64,000 nucleotides of DNA from Tubiluchus corallicola (lineage: Eukaryota; Animalia; Priapulida): contig JAQGDQ010001030.1 in the NCBI GenBank assembly GCA_030141605.1, positions 4,995 through 68,994 of the forward strand. The letters are read 5' to 3'. The notes under the pieces were generated by a model that had not been told where the DNA came from, ran no database searches, and was given only the letters and a program-made list of their open reading frames with translations. Numbering within the stretch: position 1 is the stretch's first letter; each line of letters opens with the position of its first letter. Below are positions 63,211 through 64,000 of the stretch, in pieces. The translations under genes and the position numbers were made by a program.

Positions 63211-63927
63211 TTATAGTTTTATCATATCGCTCATCGAAAATATACCCCTCCTGCCTTTACAAAATTCAGCAGCCATTACAGCTCCGAGAGCAAACCCCTT
63301 TCTATTTTTTGCACTATGCATAATCTCGATAAAATCAATATCAGAGTCATATTTTACGCTATGTATTCCTGGAACATTTTCCTCTCGTGTAGAAGCAATG
63401 TGCAATTCACTATCCAATGCAACTTCATTTATCGTCCATCCGCTCTTTCTTTCAGATGTATCAATAATATCATCGGCCAGAGATATTGCAGTTCCACTAG
63501 GGGCATCCAGCTTCTGGGTATGATGAGTCTCAGCAACACTTACTTTGTACTGCTCAAAGCTCTTCATCATTAGCGCCAACTTCTTGTTCAACTCAAAAAA
63601 TAGATTTACCCCCAGGCTAAAATTTGAAGCATAAAAAAAACACCCTTCACTCTTCTTACAAGCATCAGTGACTTTACCCCATTCTTCGAGCCACCCTGTA
63701 GTACCGCTCACCACAGGCACTCCTGACTTAAAGCACTCCAGGTAATTACTTACAGCTGAAGCTGGCGATGTAAACTCAAGGGCTACATCTGCTTTGGAAA
63801 GACTGTCGTAAAAAAGCTCACCATTACTACCAACATCTGCTCTAAGAACAACCTCATGCCCCCTACCTACAGAAACCTGTTCGATTTCTCTACCCATTTT
63901 CCCATACCCTATAATTGCAATCTTCAT
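63211..63927 (-). CDS. dapB: 4-hydroxy-tetrahydrodipicolinate reductase
   Basis: GYGKMG, SGTTG, ASNFSLGVN, ETHHTQKLDAPSGTA, GFALGA. Confidence 0.96.
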   Translation of the reverse strand: MKIAIIGYGKMGREIEQVSVGRGHEVVLRADVGSNGELFYDSLSKADVALEFTSPASAVSNYLECFKSGVPVVSGTTGWLEEWGKVTDACKKSEGCFFYASNFSLGVNLFFELNKKLALMMKSFEQYKVSVAETHHTQKLDAPSGTAISLADDIIDTSERKSGWTINEVALDSELHIASTREENVPGIHSVKYDSDIDFIEIMHSAKNRKGFALGAVMAAEFCKGRRGIFSMSDMIKL

Positions 63928-64000
63928 TTACAGATAATTATTCTGTTATAAATAGTGTTTTAGACAAAGATAAAACTATTTGTAGCAAACTTACAGCACC

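Overview
AT-rich chromosomal window from a Bacteroidota organism (Bacteroidales/Marinilabiliales-like), judged from TAnnTTTG promoter boxes, a SusC/SusD pair, and typical ligA-dapA, gyrA-TPR and dapB-lepB-wbqC synteny. 1-13 kb is an accessory patchwork: end of gltD, a 5'-truncated PD-(D/E)XK nuclease gene ending in an attC-like hairpin, a Fic pseudogene, rhaB, an orphan wzx+GT2 pair, gmhA, a DUF1893-ABC ATPase fusion with permease, an intact Fic gene and a UDG-like gene. 13-40 kb is mostly housekeeping (relA-like, ROK kinase, cysQ, dapA, ligA, slyD, aroC, pgk, gyrA, mgsA, pyrK/pyrD). It also holds a 1-kb non-coding stretch with many TTACAWWTGTAA-like pseudo-palindromes upstream of an XRE gene, and a peptidase/propeller/barrel outer-membrane protein. 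41-59 kb is an alginate utilisation locus (FadR-type regulator, 2x PL6, PL17, KdgF, MFS, DEH reductase, KdgK, KdgA, SusC/D and an unassigned beta-helix protein). Its last gene is cut by a decayed 1.56-kb IS3/IS481-type element. No rRNA, tRNA or CRISPR array was seen. All family calls come from motif recognition by eye; no searches were run.
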